41,221 bases of DNA from Octopus bimaculoides (lineage: Eukaryota). A model generated the notes under the pieces. It did not search any database. It saw nothing but the letters and a program-made list of their open reading frames with translations, and was not told the origin of the DNA. Positions 1 through 12,901 of the stretch are shown piece by piece (the stretch's first letter is position 1; every line of letters starts with the position of its first letter). The position numbers and the translations under genes were made by a program. Where the stretch lies: NCBI RefSeq assembly GCF_001194135.2, contig NC_068992.1, positions 13,369,119-13,410,339 on the forward strand, written 5' to 3'.

Positions 1-243
1 TATATATATATATATATACGCACACACCACACACATGTGGTGTGTGCTAACTCGTACGCCATGATATAATGCAGGCCAACACTTCACATCATCACTTGTC
101 TTCTTCGTTCATTTATGTGTACAGAATGACATTATTGATAATATGGTTCATAGTTTATCATACGTGATTTTGTTCTTTAAGAATGTAACCAAACACAAGT
201 ATACTCTTGTATATAACAGCAGTCAAAAGGCATATATATACCT

Positions 244-508
244 ATGCATACGTACGCATGTATATGTTTATATATACATATACATATGTATGTATATGTT
301 TATATATACATATACATATGTATGTATATGTATATAAATATACATATATATACACAAACACATAATCACACGTATGCACACATATACACAGAGACACAGA
401 GAGTAAGACATACATATATATATATATATATTTATATAATCATATGCATGCATTTGTATCTATTCTCGATTTTATGCATACATATATGTATACACGCACT
501 CACATACT

Positions 509-544
<36 letters not shown>

Positions 545-552
545 GTATATAA

Positions 553-587
<35 letters not shown>

Positions 588-598
588 CTTATTCTTGT
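244..598. repeat. Compound (TA)n/(CA)n/(TG)n microsatellite
   Basis: Directly visible dinucleotide tracts running up to the first N-gap. Confidence 0.9.
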
Positions 599-1805
599 AT
601 GCACAAATATATAGGTAATNNNNNNNNNNTATATATATAGACATACACACACACTTATATACAAGCAAGAAAAAATCAAATATTTAATAAATAGTAAAAT
701 CAATTTAAAAAGAAAAATATAAACACCATTAAGAACCACTTGCTTGAATAACGGAATGTCCTATATCTACATCTAACACAATTCTGACATAATACAGGAT
801 ATCATTTTTAACTTTAAAATGCAAATGAGATATAATTATATGAACATACATAAAACGTATTCGCTGAACATCAACATCATACATACATAAATTTCGGCAA
901 GTTTAAAATAAATTAAACTTATACAAGCAATCTGAATCAGAAATAAAAATAAGCAGTAGAATATGCAAATAGAAAGTTAGATTGATGTGTAGTATATGTA
1001 TATATTAAGAGTGGAGATTGTTTTAAAACAGCGTTCGATAATTTCATTTTTGATTCTGGTGTTGGCAAATGGATTTTATAATGCGAAATATTATTCCTGT
1101 ATGAGAATGAGTGATCGTTTGCAGTTGCAAACATATTGAAAACAACGCTAAGTTAAATCATATATCTCTAAATAATAAGTAACATCACACCCCTCTCGCA
1201 TACACAAAGTGTATGCCTATATATAAATATATAATTATAATATATAGACATATATAGATAAATATATATAGAGAGAGAGAGATACATGCATACATGCATA
1301 CATACAGATGCACATGCATGCATTCATACATATATAACGTAACGGAATAGGGATTTGAGATTCGAGCAGGTATCTTATTAGTACTCTGATATACAATAGA
1401 GATCAGGATAACCGCATCGAAATATAGAGAACATCATCATTCTTTAAGATACGCGATATCCATCGCTTCATGACCTTCATTGGATGTTATACAGTATACG
1501 GAATATATAATACAGAAGTTATAAGTACATATATGAAATATACATGACACTGTATATATATATATATACCTGACACTGCATATATATATAGAAAGTGAAG
1601 TGTTTAGTTAACATGTGAGATCTGAACGAAAACTTACAATGGGTAAGTGCTATAGTTGGTCGACCAGTAGGTTCCAAGATCACATCTAGGTTTGGATCCA
1701 GGAATCCGTGTTAGGGTTTCGTTATAGCATGTATATATTATACTAGATGAAACATCACAAGCACGTCATTTAACATAATTTTATTAGGGTAAGGTGAATT
1801 AGGGG

Positions 1806-1880
1806 TCTTTCAGCCTTTTCTAGGATAATCCAGGTGGTGTCTTAGTATGTCCGTGCACTTGTTATTCCGTTATCAGTGAG
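1806..1880 (-). ncRNA. Degenerate hammerhead-like motif (left-arm copy)
   Basis: Minus strand reads CTGATAA-cggaataac...attatccta-GAAAA-GGCT-GAA-aga, homologous to the 2138-2213 motif but with core substitutions. Probably inactive. Confidence 0.4.
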
Positions 1881-2137
1881 ATGGTATGAATATCTTAGAC
1901 GGGAAAAAATTACAGTTTACAAAGAATAAAATGTGAGAATAAAGTAGTAAAAAAGAAGAGTAAAGAGCAATATTAGAGGAATATAGGCAGGAGAATAATG
2001 TTCACGACACCTGCCCATGTTTTTTTTAAATACGTTCACTCTTTACTCTTCTATTATACTTTATTCTATTTTATTCCTTATAAATTCTGAATTTTATTCA
2101 GACGCTAAATTTTCCCCGTCTAAAATATTCATTCTTT

Positions 2138-2213
2138 GTCTATGATGACGGAATACCCAAAGCACGGACATGGTAACCAACTGCTTGGGTTTTCCCAGAA
2201 ACGGCTGTAAGAT
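2138..2213 (+). ncRNA. Type I hammerhead-ribozyme-like motif (C3 position mutated)
   Basis: Stem I GTCT(2138-41)/AGAT(2210-13); core ATGATGA(2142-48) versus CUGANGA; long stem II GGAATACCCAAAGCA/TGCTTGGGTTTTCC; GAAAC(2198-2202); loop GGCT; GTA triplet(2207-09). Confidence 0.55.
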
Positions 2214-2326
2214 TTCAAATTCACTTTATCCTAATAAAATTATTTTAGTTGACATGAGTTACTCCTTCTGCTTTGGTTTTTATGTTTCCTTTAATATAAT
2301 ACAATAACTATAAACTGTATGCATAT

Positions 2327-2380
2327 ATGTATGTATGTATGTATGTATGCATGCATGTATGTGTGTATTTATATATATAT

Positions 2381-2440
<60 letters not shown>
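2327..2440. repeat. (ATGT)n + (AT)n microsatellite
   Basis: Directly visible. Confidence 0.9.
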
Positions 2441-2443
<3 letters not shown>

Positions 2444-2968
2444 GAGAGAGGGAGGGATGGAGGGAGAATAAGAGAGAGAGAAACATGGGTATATGCAATA
2501 AGGAAAATTATACGCTGAAATAGTTTGAGGAATTCATAAAACTTTAATATAGAATGTATAATGGAAAATGCAATTATACTTGTGTATGTGTGTCTGTCTG
2601 ATTGCGTACGTAGAATCTTGTGTTGATCGGTGCGATAAGAGAACTCGAGTGAACTTGACCAAATATAATTTAGATACTACGATATTTGACTTAATCTCTT
2701 TAACATACCCGACAAGTATAAAATAGTTGATGTTTTGATCCATGTTGATACGATCTATAGTATATAAGCTTAGTCAATGAAACTCGAGCATATGTGTTTG
2801 CGCGATAACACACACATATACACACACAAACACACATATACACATACACACAAACACACGCAGACACAAACACATACACACACATATACAAACACTCACA
2901 CACACACGAACATATATATTGGAAAATGTGATGGAAAGAAATAAACGATTATCTTATGGACTTCACTA

Positions 2969-3017
2969 GCTTACAGTTGTTTCCGCTGTAGGATACAATG
3001 AGTTCAGCTTTTCAAGA
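2969..3017 (-). ncRNA. Degenerate hammerhead-like motif
   Basis: Minus strand: ct-TGAAAA-GCTG...CAGC-g-GAAAC-AACT-GTA-ag. Perfect 4-bp stem II and the same GAAAC-N4-GTA-AG 3' half as the 2138-2213 motif; the 5' core is damaged. Confidence 0.4.
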
Positions 3018-3065
3018 TAGAGTAATCTCCGTTGGCGAATAATATGAGGAACCATTGATTCAGGA

Positions 3066-3126
3066 ATGTATAATGCTATTGCATTATACATACATGTATA
3101 ATGTATAATGCTATTGCATTATACAT
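3066..3126. repeat. Two tandem copies of an 11-bp-stem palindrome
   Basis: ATGTATAATGC-TATT-GCATTATACAT at 3066-3091 and 3101-3126. Confidence 0.9.
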
Positions 3127-5375
3127 ACATACATACATACATACAATCATACATACATACATACATACCTGCATACATATATATGTACGTGTGGGATGGA
3201 ACGATATGTGTATGTGTGTGTGTTAAAGTACCAATATTGATTGCATAAGAAATTTATTACAAATATTTTATTTTATATTGTTTCAAGATGTTTTTTTTTC
3301 AAATTATAGTATTCTTTCTTTCTAGTATATTGATTTTGTTATCTTTAACTTATATATTTGTATTTATTCGAAGCTCTGTCGTATCACAGCACCATGGCAT
3401 TCTTGAATTAAAATACACTTCTCATCGAAATTACCGGAAATCTGACCAACATTTTCTCAAATTGTATGAATGCAACCGCACCTTAAAATGTGTCAACATG
3501 CTGAGTAGATAATGCACAACTTCTTTTAGATTTTAATCTGTACTTCAGAATGTTTCCTTTTCTTCACAGAAATTCATTGCTTTTTTTTCGATACCATGTT
3601 TCACAGTAACTGTTTTGCTATTAGATAAGGAACTATAATTGACGGTAGTATTCTATCAATATTCAGTTTCGTGAGCAGGATGTATTCAGTTGATATATTA
3701 ACTTCTGTATTTTAATTTGACATCTTATGTTGAACATTTCAAAGAAAGGAACAATAAAAAAGATTATTATAATGTACACAAATTAAGGAAATAACTTCTA
3801 ACTGTGAAAATTATTTACTTAAGTATGCAGTTATTTTATCCGTACTCGTTTTTTTTTTATTGATGAATAATTAATAACAACGCAAAAAATAAAATTTACA
3901 CGTACAGCTATTCCACTTAAAAGTGTTTTATTTTCATTGCACTCAGTTTTAATTTACGTACATGAATTTATGTCACTGCAAAAGTAATACGCTTTTCCCA
4001 TTTTGTATCATGTTCAGTTTCCTCTGAAACACATGTATCTTTGTATTTAATCTGGTGAAAAGGATTGCCTTCTCAAATTACTGTTGCACGCAGCAATGAC
4101 TGTAGCAGCGCTAATCGAATTTCTGACGACTTAATCAAGTTGTTGATGTTGTATTGTCAGCATGTTTTAAAGCTGCAATGAAATCAATCCTTTTAAATTC
4201 TGAGAGACATTAATGAGATGTTTCGCGGTATCGTATGATATTTGCTGTAGAACAACGATAAATATGATGAGTTCTTTTTCTTATTTGATATCACGCAATC
4301 CTATATCATATTTGAAGTTCTGGTCGCATACAATTCGACAATTTATCCCCCATTTGTGAAACATCAGCCAATAAAAAAATAACTCTTACGTACCAGTTGT
4401 TTAAACTCAATGGTGTTTTCTAAAATATGCATGATGATTTCTAAATGACTTAGTAAATGTAATATCACTCAGTATTAGTGAATCCCTTAACCTATTATGT
4501 TAGAAATGAATGAAGCAGTACCTGAACTCACAAATATAGGATCCAACAGCGGAATATCATTAGTTGACATACAAGCAATCCATTTATCTCACTACATTAA
4601 CATAATCAAAATCATTTATTAACATAATCAAAACCACTATCTCTTGAATGTTACTGTCTTGCTTTTAGTTTTTTTCTTAGCATTCATAAGTGTTCAACAT
4701 GAAAAAAAAAATTGAAATATAATTAAAGTTGCCAAAGCAATATGGATACTTCATTGAAATGAAAATTTATGTCTCCCCTGGTTCTATTGAGAATAGAATA
4801 TTACCTCTTGTAATTAAAGATTCATTACTATTGTCAACAATTCCATTTTGACCGCGTCAAAAATTGCAATGAATACGTTTAAATTAGTTTTAATTATTTA
4901 TTTATTACAAAGTTAAATATTTCGAACGCTGACTTTCTGAAAAAAATACATTGTATATAGTTTTCAAAATTAGGTCAACATAACTGTTACATTTTTATTC
5001 CTAATAAAACATATTAAGAATCCGTATGTGTGTATTCTTGTATATATATACATATACATAACCAAATGTATACAAAGACTATTATGAATACATNNNNNNN
5101 NNNNNNNNNNNNNNNNNNNNNNNNNNNNNNNNNNNNNNNNNNNNNNNNNNNNNNNNNNNNNNNNNNNNNNNNNNNNNNNNNNNNNNNNNNNNNNNNNNNN
5201 NNNNNNNNNNNNNNNNNNNNNNNNNNNNNNNNNNNNNNNNNNNNNNNNNNNNNNNNNNNNNNNNNNNNNNNNNNNNNNNNNNNNNNNNNNNNNNNNNNNN
5301 NNNNNNNNNNNNNNNNNNNNNNNNNNNNNNNNNNNNNNNNNNNNNNNNNATATATGTATGTATATGATTTGTTGG

Positions 5376-5412
<37 letters not shown>

Positions 5413-5534
5413 AAGGGATGAGTGAGGTGGTATTTTAGAAAAAAAAATGAAATCTGAATCGCAAGATATTGGGAGTGAAAGCAGTTAGAAGATCGGAGTG
5501 AAATGTCATTTTAGATAGGATAAAAGTGCAAACT

Positions 5535-5600
5535 TCCACAGAGAATCGAATTCTATAGCTCTCAAATTCCGGCTGTGACCTCTGTACCATTGCGCTAAAT
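5535..5600 (-). mobile_element. Highly decayed tRNA-derived SINE head
   Basis: Minus strand has A-box-like TAGCGCAATGG and B-box-like GAATTCGATTCT at tRNA-like spacing, with no intact cloverleaf. Confidence 0.4.
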
Positions 5601-6644
5601 GTTTGCTGACGTGAGATCCTATATTGTATAACTCAACTTATATTGTATAACTCAACACGCACACACGTACGCACTCACACACACATGCACACACACACAC
5701 GTATATATGTAAGTACCTCCTATGTTTATATAATTTTTTCTATAGTGTAGCTTCTTATTTATGTATAAATTTGCATATATGTAATCCGATACAATATACA
5801 ATTAACCATATACATATTTTTTATCTAACATTCTTTTAACATTACTTTTTTCCCAATTAAATTACTTGGCTCTCCTATTATACGTTTTCAAACACATGAA
5901 TCAGAAAGTTCTTTATACTATTGTATAAAGTACGAATAATATCTACGCTGAAATGTACTTTCATATCTAGAGTGCCACGAAATGAATTGTAATTCAACTT
6001 CCTAATTTTTGCAAGCCGGGTTGACGCTAACAGAACAAAAAAACAAGATTCATGACCCCTCAAGACATATTCAACGACGCATCTGTAACGATCTGATCTT
6101 TTTAATATTTAACTCTTTTTTGTATTACTAGTATATATTTGTGTAGCACACAGTCTTTGCATGTGTATGTATTCTTCTAATACTCCCTTATGTTTTGGAA
6201 TAAATAGACATAATAGAATGTGTGTCGGCTGATGTGTATCATTTTTGTATCCCCTCCATTTTCTTTGTGCTCTATATATATATATATATATATATNNNNN
6301 NNNNNNNNNNNNNNNNNNNNNNNNNNNNNNNNNNNNNNNNNNNNNNNNNNNNNNNNNNNNNNNNNNNNNNNNNNNNNNNNNNNNNNNNNNNNNNNNNNNN
6401 NNNNNNNNNNNNNNNNNNNNNNNNNNNNNNNNNNNNNNNNNNNNNNNNNNNNNNNNNNNNNTAAATATATATATATGTATTTGCGTACATATTTATGCAC
6501 TGAAACAAATTGCGTTCACTGAATATAAAATCTCGCAAATTTCAAATGCATATCTATTTTGCTTTTCATAATAAAACTAATTTAGTTTACAACGGATTCG
6601 AATGCTTGATTTTTCTTCTCGGCTATATTATACTTTATTTATTT

Positions 6645-6734
6645 GTTATTATATATATTGTTGTTGCTATTGATATTATTATTGTTGTTGTTGTTGTTGT
6701 TGTTATTGTTGTTGCTATTGCCTTCATCATCATC

Positions 6735-6770
<36 letters not shown>

Positions 6771-6880
6771 CATTATTATTATTATCATTATTATTATTAT
6801 TATCATTATTATCATTGTTATTATTATTGTTGTTGTTGTTGTTATAAATATTATTATTAATAATAATAACAATATTATTA
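6645..6880. repeat. Compound (GTT)n/(ATT)n/(ATC) trinucleotide microsatellite
   Basis: Directly visible. Explains ORFs 6510..6860, 6639..7019 and 6643..6936. Confidence 0.9.
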
Positions 6881-8380
6881 TTATAGCGATAGTCATCATC
6901 AAATATTTTTTTGTCAAATATAACATTGCGGTCTGAATATAATAGATGCGATTTGTTCTTTTTATACTTTCCATAACGCAGAGTTTACTAAGTGGAGAGT
7001 GTTCTGATGACTTTGGCAAAGTGCATGGAATGACAGTTTATAAAATTTCTGAATAAACTAATTGTTATAGCTGTGATTTATAATATCCATTCAGGCGTTC
7101 ATTTATGTTTACTGAAAGAAAATATAAATCAACGATGTATTATATTTTGATTTGTGTTTTTCTGAGCATTTCTTTCAAATTGCCTTTTCTCATTTTTTCT
7201 ATCGTAAATAGCTTTCATTATTTGTTTTCTGATTCTTTATTCCTTTATTGTCCTAACTTTCATTTCCTTTCAAGTACAAGCAATTTTTTCACACACGAAA
7301 TTTATATTTTTGTTTCAATTTCTCCCTCAAAATTGGTATCTTTCCTTCCCACCTCAGTCTATATTTTTTGCACTTTTAAGTGCAGATTAAAACCTGTATA
7401 TATGATAAAAAAATATCCAGACATTATATTAATGCACGTGAATCACAGATTAATTTCAAAAATATATTCATGTATATTTATTACTAAAATGATACGAATC
7501 TGTTTCTCTCCCTCGTCTTACCTATCGTCCTTTTACAGTGCACTATAAGTATTTGTGTGTTCTATATATATGTTTATATATATANNNNNNNNNNNNNNNN
7601 NNNNNNNNNNNNNNNNNNNNNNNNNNNNNNNNNNNNNNNNNNNNNNNNNNNNNNNNNNNNNNNNNNNNNNNNNNNNNNNNNNNNNNNNNNNNNNNNNNNN
7701 NNNNNNNNNNNNNNNNNNNNNNNNNNNNNNNNNNNNNNNNNNNNNNNNNNNNNNNNNNNNNNNNNNNNNNNNNNNNNNNNNNNNNNNNNNNNNNNNNNNN
7801 NNNNNNNNNNATATATATATACATGTATTCGTTCAGTCGGTTTTCAAACTGTTGTTGCTTTGGTGGCATCGTCGGGGCTCTTGTGGAGGGTATGTTTCAC
7901 AAAACATAGTTAGGGTTACCGCACGACTAAAAGTATAGACGTCTATAAAAAGCATTTATTAACTTGAGCGGTTTCATGTAAGTAAACAGATTTTCATAAT
8001 TAAAGTATGAGGCTGTGTGTATCTTCTGCGGTGTCAAAAATTAGGTTACATAAATATAATCAAACTAAGTGATAGAGACTTTGAGATGGATATGAGTTTA
8101 CTATCTTCTGACTCATGATAGAAGATGCTGAAATTGTGAAATTTTTCGTATCCTTGTCAATGAAACTATCACTTAGGTCAAATACATTTATGTGCACTAC
8201 ATTTTCACACCACAGATGATAAACAAAGCCTCATACTTTACTTTTGAAAATCGTTTTAAAGAAAAGAAAGCGGTTAAGTTAATAAACACTTTTTAAAGAC
8301 TCCTTCAATTTCAGGTTCTGTTCCTTCTATTTTCAGTCGTACGTTAACCCCAACTTTATTGTTTTATATATATTATATAC

Positions 8381-8480
8381 ATGTGTGTGTGTGTGCATGT
8401 GTGTCTAGACACACGTACACACACACATTCACATGCATATATATACGTGTGTGCATGTGGAAGTGTGCATTATATATATG

Positions 8481-8523
<43 letters not shown>

Positions 8524-8627
8524 ATATATACATACATATATATATATACACACAGATATGTATATATGCATACATATACATACATATATATATATACATG
8601 TATATACATACATACATATACATATAC

Positions 8628-8661
<34 letters not shown>

Positions 8662-8664
8662 ACA
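8381..8664. repeat. Compound (TG)/(CA)/(TA)/(TACA) microsatellite
   Basis: Directly visible, ends at an N-gap. Confidence 0.9.
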
Positions 8665-9284
8665 NNNNNNNNNNNNNNNNNNNNNNNNNNNNNNNNNNNN
8701 NNNNNNNNNNNNNNNNNNNNNNNNNNNNNNNNATATATATATATATAAAAATAATCATAATGATACTACTGGAGAAGTACCACCATGCTAGAAATAGATG
8801 TGAAAACTGACTCTAAAATCACATCATGTACTGGCGTATTTCATGTGATTTAAAGTCAAATTGGATATCAATCTCTGGCAGCTGATACATTTGCAGTACC
8901 CTTCTTATAATCATATCTAAATAATTATATATCTGTATTAATTATTACCTATAAGGCTCTTGTGTCATGTTGGCCACTTGATAAGATCGTTATTTTCAAT
9001 AATGCTATATTTCACATTACTGTGTCCCGAAAGAGATATTCAAACCAATTGCTAACTAGATTTCTGTATTAATGCCGCTGCATGCTTAGAGATGTATATT
9101 CCAATGCAACCATCATTTAAGATTCTTGAACGAATCCGCGAGTAACGTGGGGCTGTCACTGATATTTTTTTTTATATATTTCAAATTCCGATATTTGGTC
9201 GGTGAAGATAGTTCGCAGGAAATGCTCTTAGCGTTATCAAAATTTGTTCAATATCAAAGCCCTCTCCCTTTTTTACGATGTTTT

Positions 9285-9341
<57 letters not shown>

Positions 9342-9543
9342 ATACACGCACACATACACACACACACATATATGTATGCATATATATGTAATCGAACAGA
9401 AACGTATTAAAATATTTAATTTTCACTTCCACTACCTCAAGCCATTTCCGGCTGCTGATTTGTAAACTATCATGTCAGACATTCATCACACGATACTTTA
9501 ACGGGTGCAAGCGCACTTTTATTCCCACATACGTTGATCCATA

Positions 9544-9585
<42 letters not shown>

Positions 9586-9945
9586 GTAAATATATGATAG
9601 TTAGTGGACGTTTGTTCTTTATTGCGTGAACAATGTTTGTGTCAGTGATTCTCTAAATAGTGTCATATACTATAACTGCTCATAAAGATACCTTGCACGT
9701 TGTTATCTTACATTTTACGTATCTAGGTCTCCATATAATATCAATTCTTTCATGTTCTAAAATTTGCATCTCTGAGAAAGAAGTTTTATTTATAAATATT
9801 TTCAGTCATTTATAATTTTCCTTCTTTATATTCTACATAAAAAACTGCTTTCATTAAACAAACAACTTTGATTCTATACTTTGATCTCGTGTCTTAGGCT
9901 GTTTAATGTTAGTTCCAGTAGAATTTCCGTCCTACGAGCTTTCGA

Positions 9946-10013
9946 ATACATACATACATACATACATACATACATACATACATACATACATACACACATA
10001 CATATATACATGT

Positions 10014-10060
<47 letters not shown>

Positions 10061-10082
10061 TGTGTGTGTGTGTGTGTGTGTG
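9946..10082. repeat. (ATAC)n followed by (TG)n microsatellite
   Basis: Directly visible. Confidence 0.9.
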
Positions 10083-10481
10083 TAATTTTTTCATCTTCAA
10101 AGAAATAAATCTTAGATGTTTCGCGTAATAAAGTTTACGCATATTACACATTTCAAAAGAAATCTTATAATCTCCTCTTTGTTTATAATGGTATGGGAAA
10201 ATTATAACTACATAATATTTATTAATATCTGCACACAAAACCTACTTCTGCAAAGGGCCTATGTAAACTAATTTAAATTAATTTGTTTGTAACAGTCAAA
10301 CATCTAATATTAACACCAATTAAGTCTCAATTGTATATCATATATTTATGGAACCACTTTGAAGAACGTAAAAAGAAACATCGAGATAGGAAATTAATAT
10401 TTCCTATTAATATTTTTCTATGGAGTAAGAAAAGAAAACCGAATTAAACTATCAGTCTTTTTTAATTATATATTAACGCTC

Positions 10482-10543
10482 TACGTTCAAATTCAATCGG
10501 GAATGACTTTGATATTCGTAACAATCTGAGTTCGATAAAAATT
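10482..10543 (+). mobile_element. Highly decayed SINE family A body fragment
   Basis: TACGTTCAAATTC...GACTTTG...GAGTTCGATAAAAATT loosely parallels the family A body seen at 26791-27024 (TACGTTCTGAGTTCAAATTCC...ACTTTGCC...GGGGTCAATAAATT on the minus strand). Confidence 0.4.
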
Positions 10544-11215
10544 CTAATATTAATGCGGTCTGTATCGTTTCACCAAGTGTACATGTTTAATGGATATCCG
10601 ACATTCGTTCTAACACTAGAAAACATTAAAGATTCACCAGAAGCTTTTGAAATAGCGGACACTGTGAATAGTTGTGATTAAATAGACTACCAAATAAAAT
10701 TAACATTCATAATTTCCTGTTTTGAAGTGTTATATGGCGAAGGATGAAAATATATATTCCATTCCAGTTCCTTCCATTATGATATGAATATCGTTCGAAT
10801 CAAATATATTGTATCTGTATCTTTCAAAATGCAAAGGTACCCTAACAACTATAATACACACATACACAAATGATACCATTTATCCCCGATTGTCTCTTAT
10901 CGCCTCCTACATCTTCATCCATTCCTAATTCCTTCAGGGCATCCGTCTCAATCCCGAGGTTTCACAATAAAAGCCATCAAAATTCGGTGTTTATTATTGA
11001 CTTAAGAGACATACCACCCATGGTTTGCCTATTGAATGTATTGAAATATTAAGAAACCGACAGTTATAGCATCATGCAAGTTAAGAGGTACTGTTCGATT
11101 CGGAATGAGGAATAAATTTGTATAAAGTGTTCATACTGAGCTATTATGACAAAGTGATGTTTGTGACAAGCGAAAATTGTATTTTAATTTTCTAACAATG
11201 AGTAATATGTGTACA

Positions 11216-11235
11216 TATATATTTGTGTATATATA

Positions 11236-11325
<90 letters not shown>

Positions 11326-11348
11326 TATAGATACAGATAGATAGATAA

Positions 11349-11379
<31 letters not shown>

Positions 11380-11389
11380 CAAATCTATA
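11216..11389. repeat. (AT)n-(AG)n-(AGAT)n compound microsatellite
   Basis: Directly visible. Confidence 0.9.
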
Positions 11390-11670
11390 CATATATTTGT
11401 ATGCATCTACACATTCACACGATACATCTCTCACGCGTGCACACATGCATACATACAAACAGCTTACACTTACTGATATATGATTGATGAACATACCGAT
11501 AGATGAGAATGTGAGTTTACGTAGTTTTGTTCCAATGCCAAACAAATTATACATAAATGATAAGCAAGGACCACATTGTAGCCATATTCTACTCTTCTAC
11601 ACAACTGTATTACATGCATAACGCTGTGATATCCCTGAATCCCAATATATTTCATATTGTTGAGGTAAAC

Positions 11671-11778
<108 letters not shown>

Positions 11779-12901
11779 CTACTTGAATGTGTGGTTTCAT
11801 ATTCTGTTGGTTTGCTATCAAACAATGTTCGCTTATATGTTATATTGAAATTTCTTAATGGCAATATACTGCAGACCATTGTGACTATAATGGACTCAGC
11901 AGACGTTTTCCGTGATAGCATTGTGCTAATGTGAACGCAAAATCATGTGACGCACACACACACAAGCATACGTAAAGAAAGAAAGACAAATGCCCGTCTT
12001 GAAAGCGCACGTACACATGCGTGCATGTATGCATATATGTTTTTATACGGATATACATAAATGTAATGTATACATATTTCTATGTCAGCTGCCTTTCTCT
12101 CTCTCTCTGTCTCCCTCTCTCCCTCTCTCCCTCCGTATATACATATATATGTGTGTGTGTGTGTGTGTGTTTTGTGTGTCTCTGTGTGTCTGTGTGTACA
12201 TGTCCTTGCGTTTGTGTGCGTGTATGTTGATGCGAAGTTCTTGAAAAACAAAACACTGGTTCTCGCGCATATGTACTTTACATACTATCGACTAATTATG
12301 TCTTCTCTATCGTATACCTGAAATTCCACCCGTTTTATGCTGCTCTTCGTAAAAATATTGCCAGCGGAAAGATTCTAAACGACAATTCCAACAATGTATG
12401 TTATAAATGAGACAACAACTGAAATTAACGTTGAATCCAGAATCAAATTATTCCATTAGTATAAATGTATCTTGAACAAAGAAAATACTTCTGCTTGATA
12501 TGTGTTAAGTGGTGTTTAGTGAGAAATTTGTAAAGATACTTCATTCTGATTGAAATCCTGTATGAAAAATAGATTATGGAAGTATTTACACTATTGACAA
12601 GTAGTAGTCTTCTTATAAATTCAGTAAATGTGTTCAGAAGTGGCGGCAATTCAGACTTGTCAGAATGATGTACATACAAATTTCCGAACAGTTTTTTTTT
12701 TACGATCAAAAACCACAATCCGCTGGAAGGAAATTACTATTTATTCCAACGAAAATAAAATACTGATTGATACAGGTGTCCAGAGAAGAACTTTCACTCA
12801 AAATACAACGTATTCTTGCTGCAGTTTTTAATTCACTGCAAATGTAAATGAACCTGTTCACAGAGCATTGTTGCCATAGAAATTAATCTAAAATTATTTC
12901 C

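Larger units (their letters stand above)
1762..2256. mobile_element. Foldback element with ~205-218 nt inverted arms, probably Penelope-like pseudo-LTR or MITE-derived
   Basis: Left arm 1762-1967 aligns to the reverse complement of right arm 2039-2256. My manual count is 37 mismatches over the first 150 ungapped nt (~75% identity). The spacer is ~70 nt and has its own GGCAGG/CCTGCC inverted pair. No clear TSD. Confidence 0.8.

Noticed and set aside
1654-1710. tRNA-like head (TAGTTGGT...GGTTTGGATCC)
   Set aside because: Boxes are too degenerate and no SINE body follows.
2630-2790. Hammerhead-like GAA(A)C-TCGA-G strings at ~2641 and ~2779
   Set aside because: The CUGANGA core has three or more mismatches and the cleavage triplet is non-canonical.
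3096-3106. loxP-like GTATAATGTAT
   Set aside because: The 13-bp loxP arms are absent; chance match in AT-rich palindromic DNA.
7910-7918. TTAGGG telomere-like unit
   Set aside because: Single copy only.
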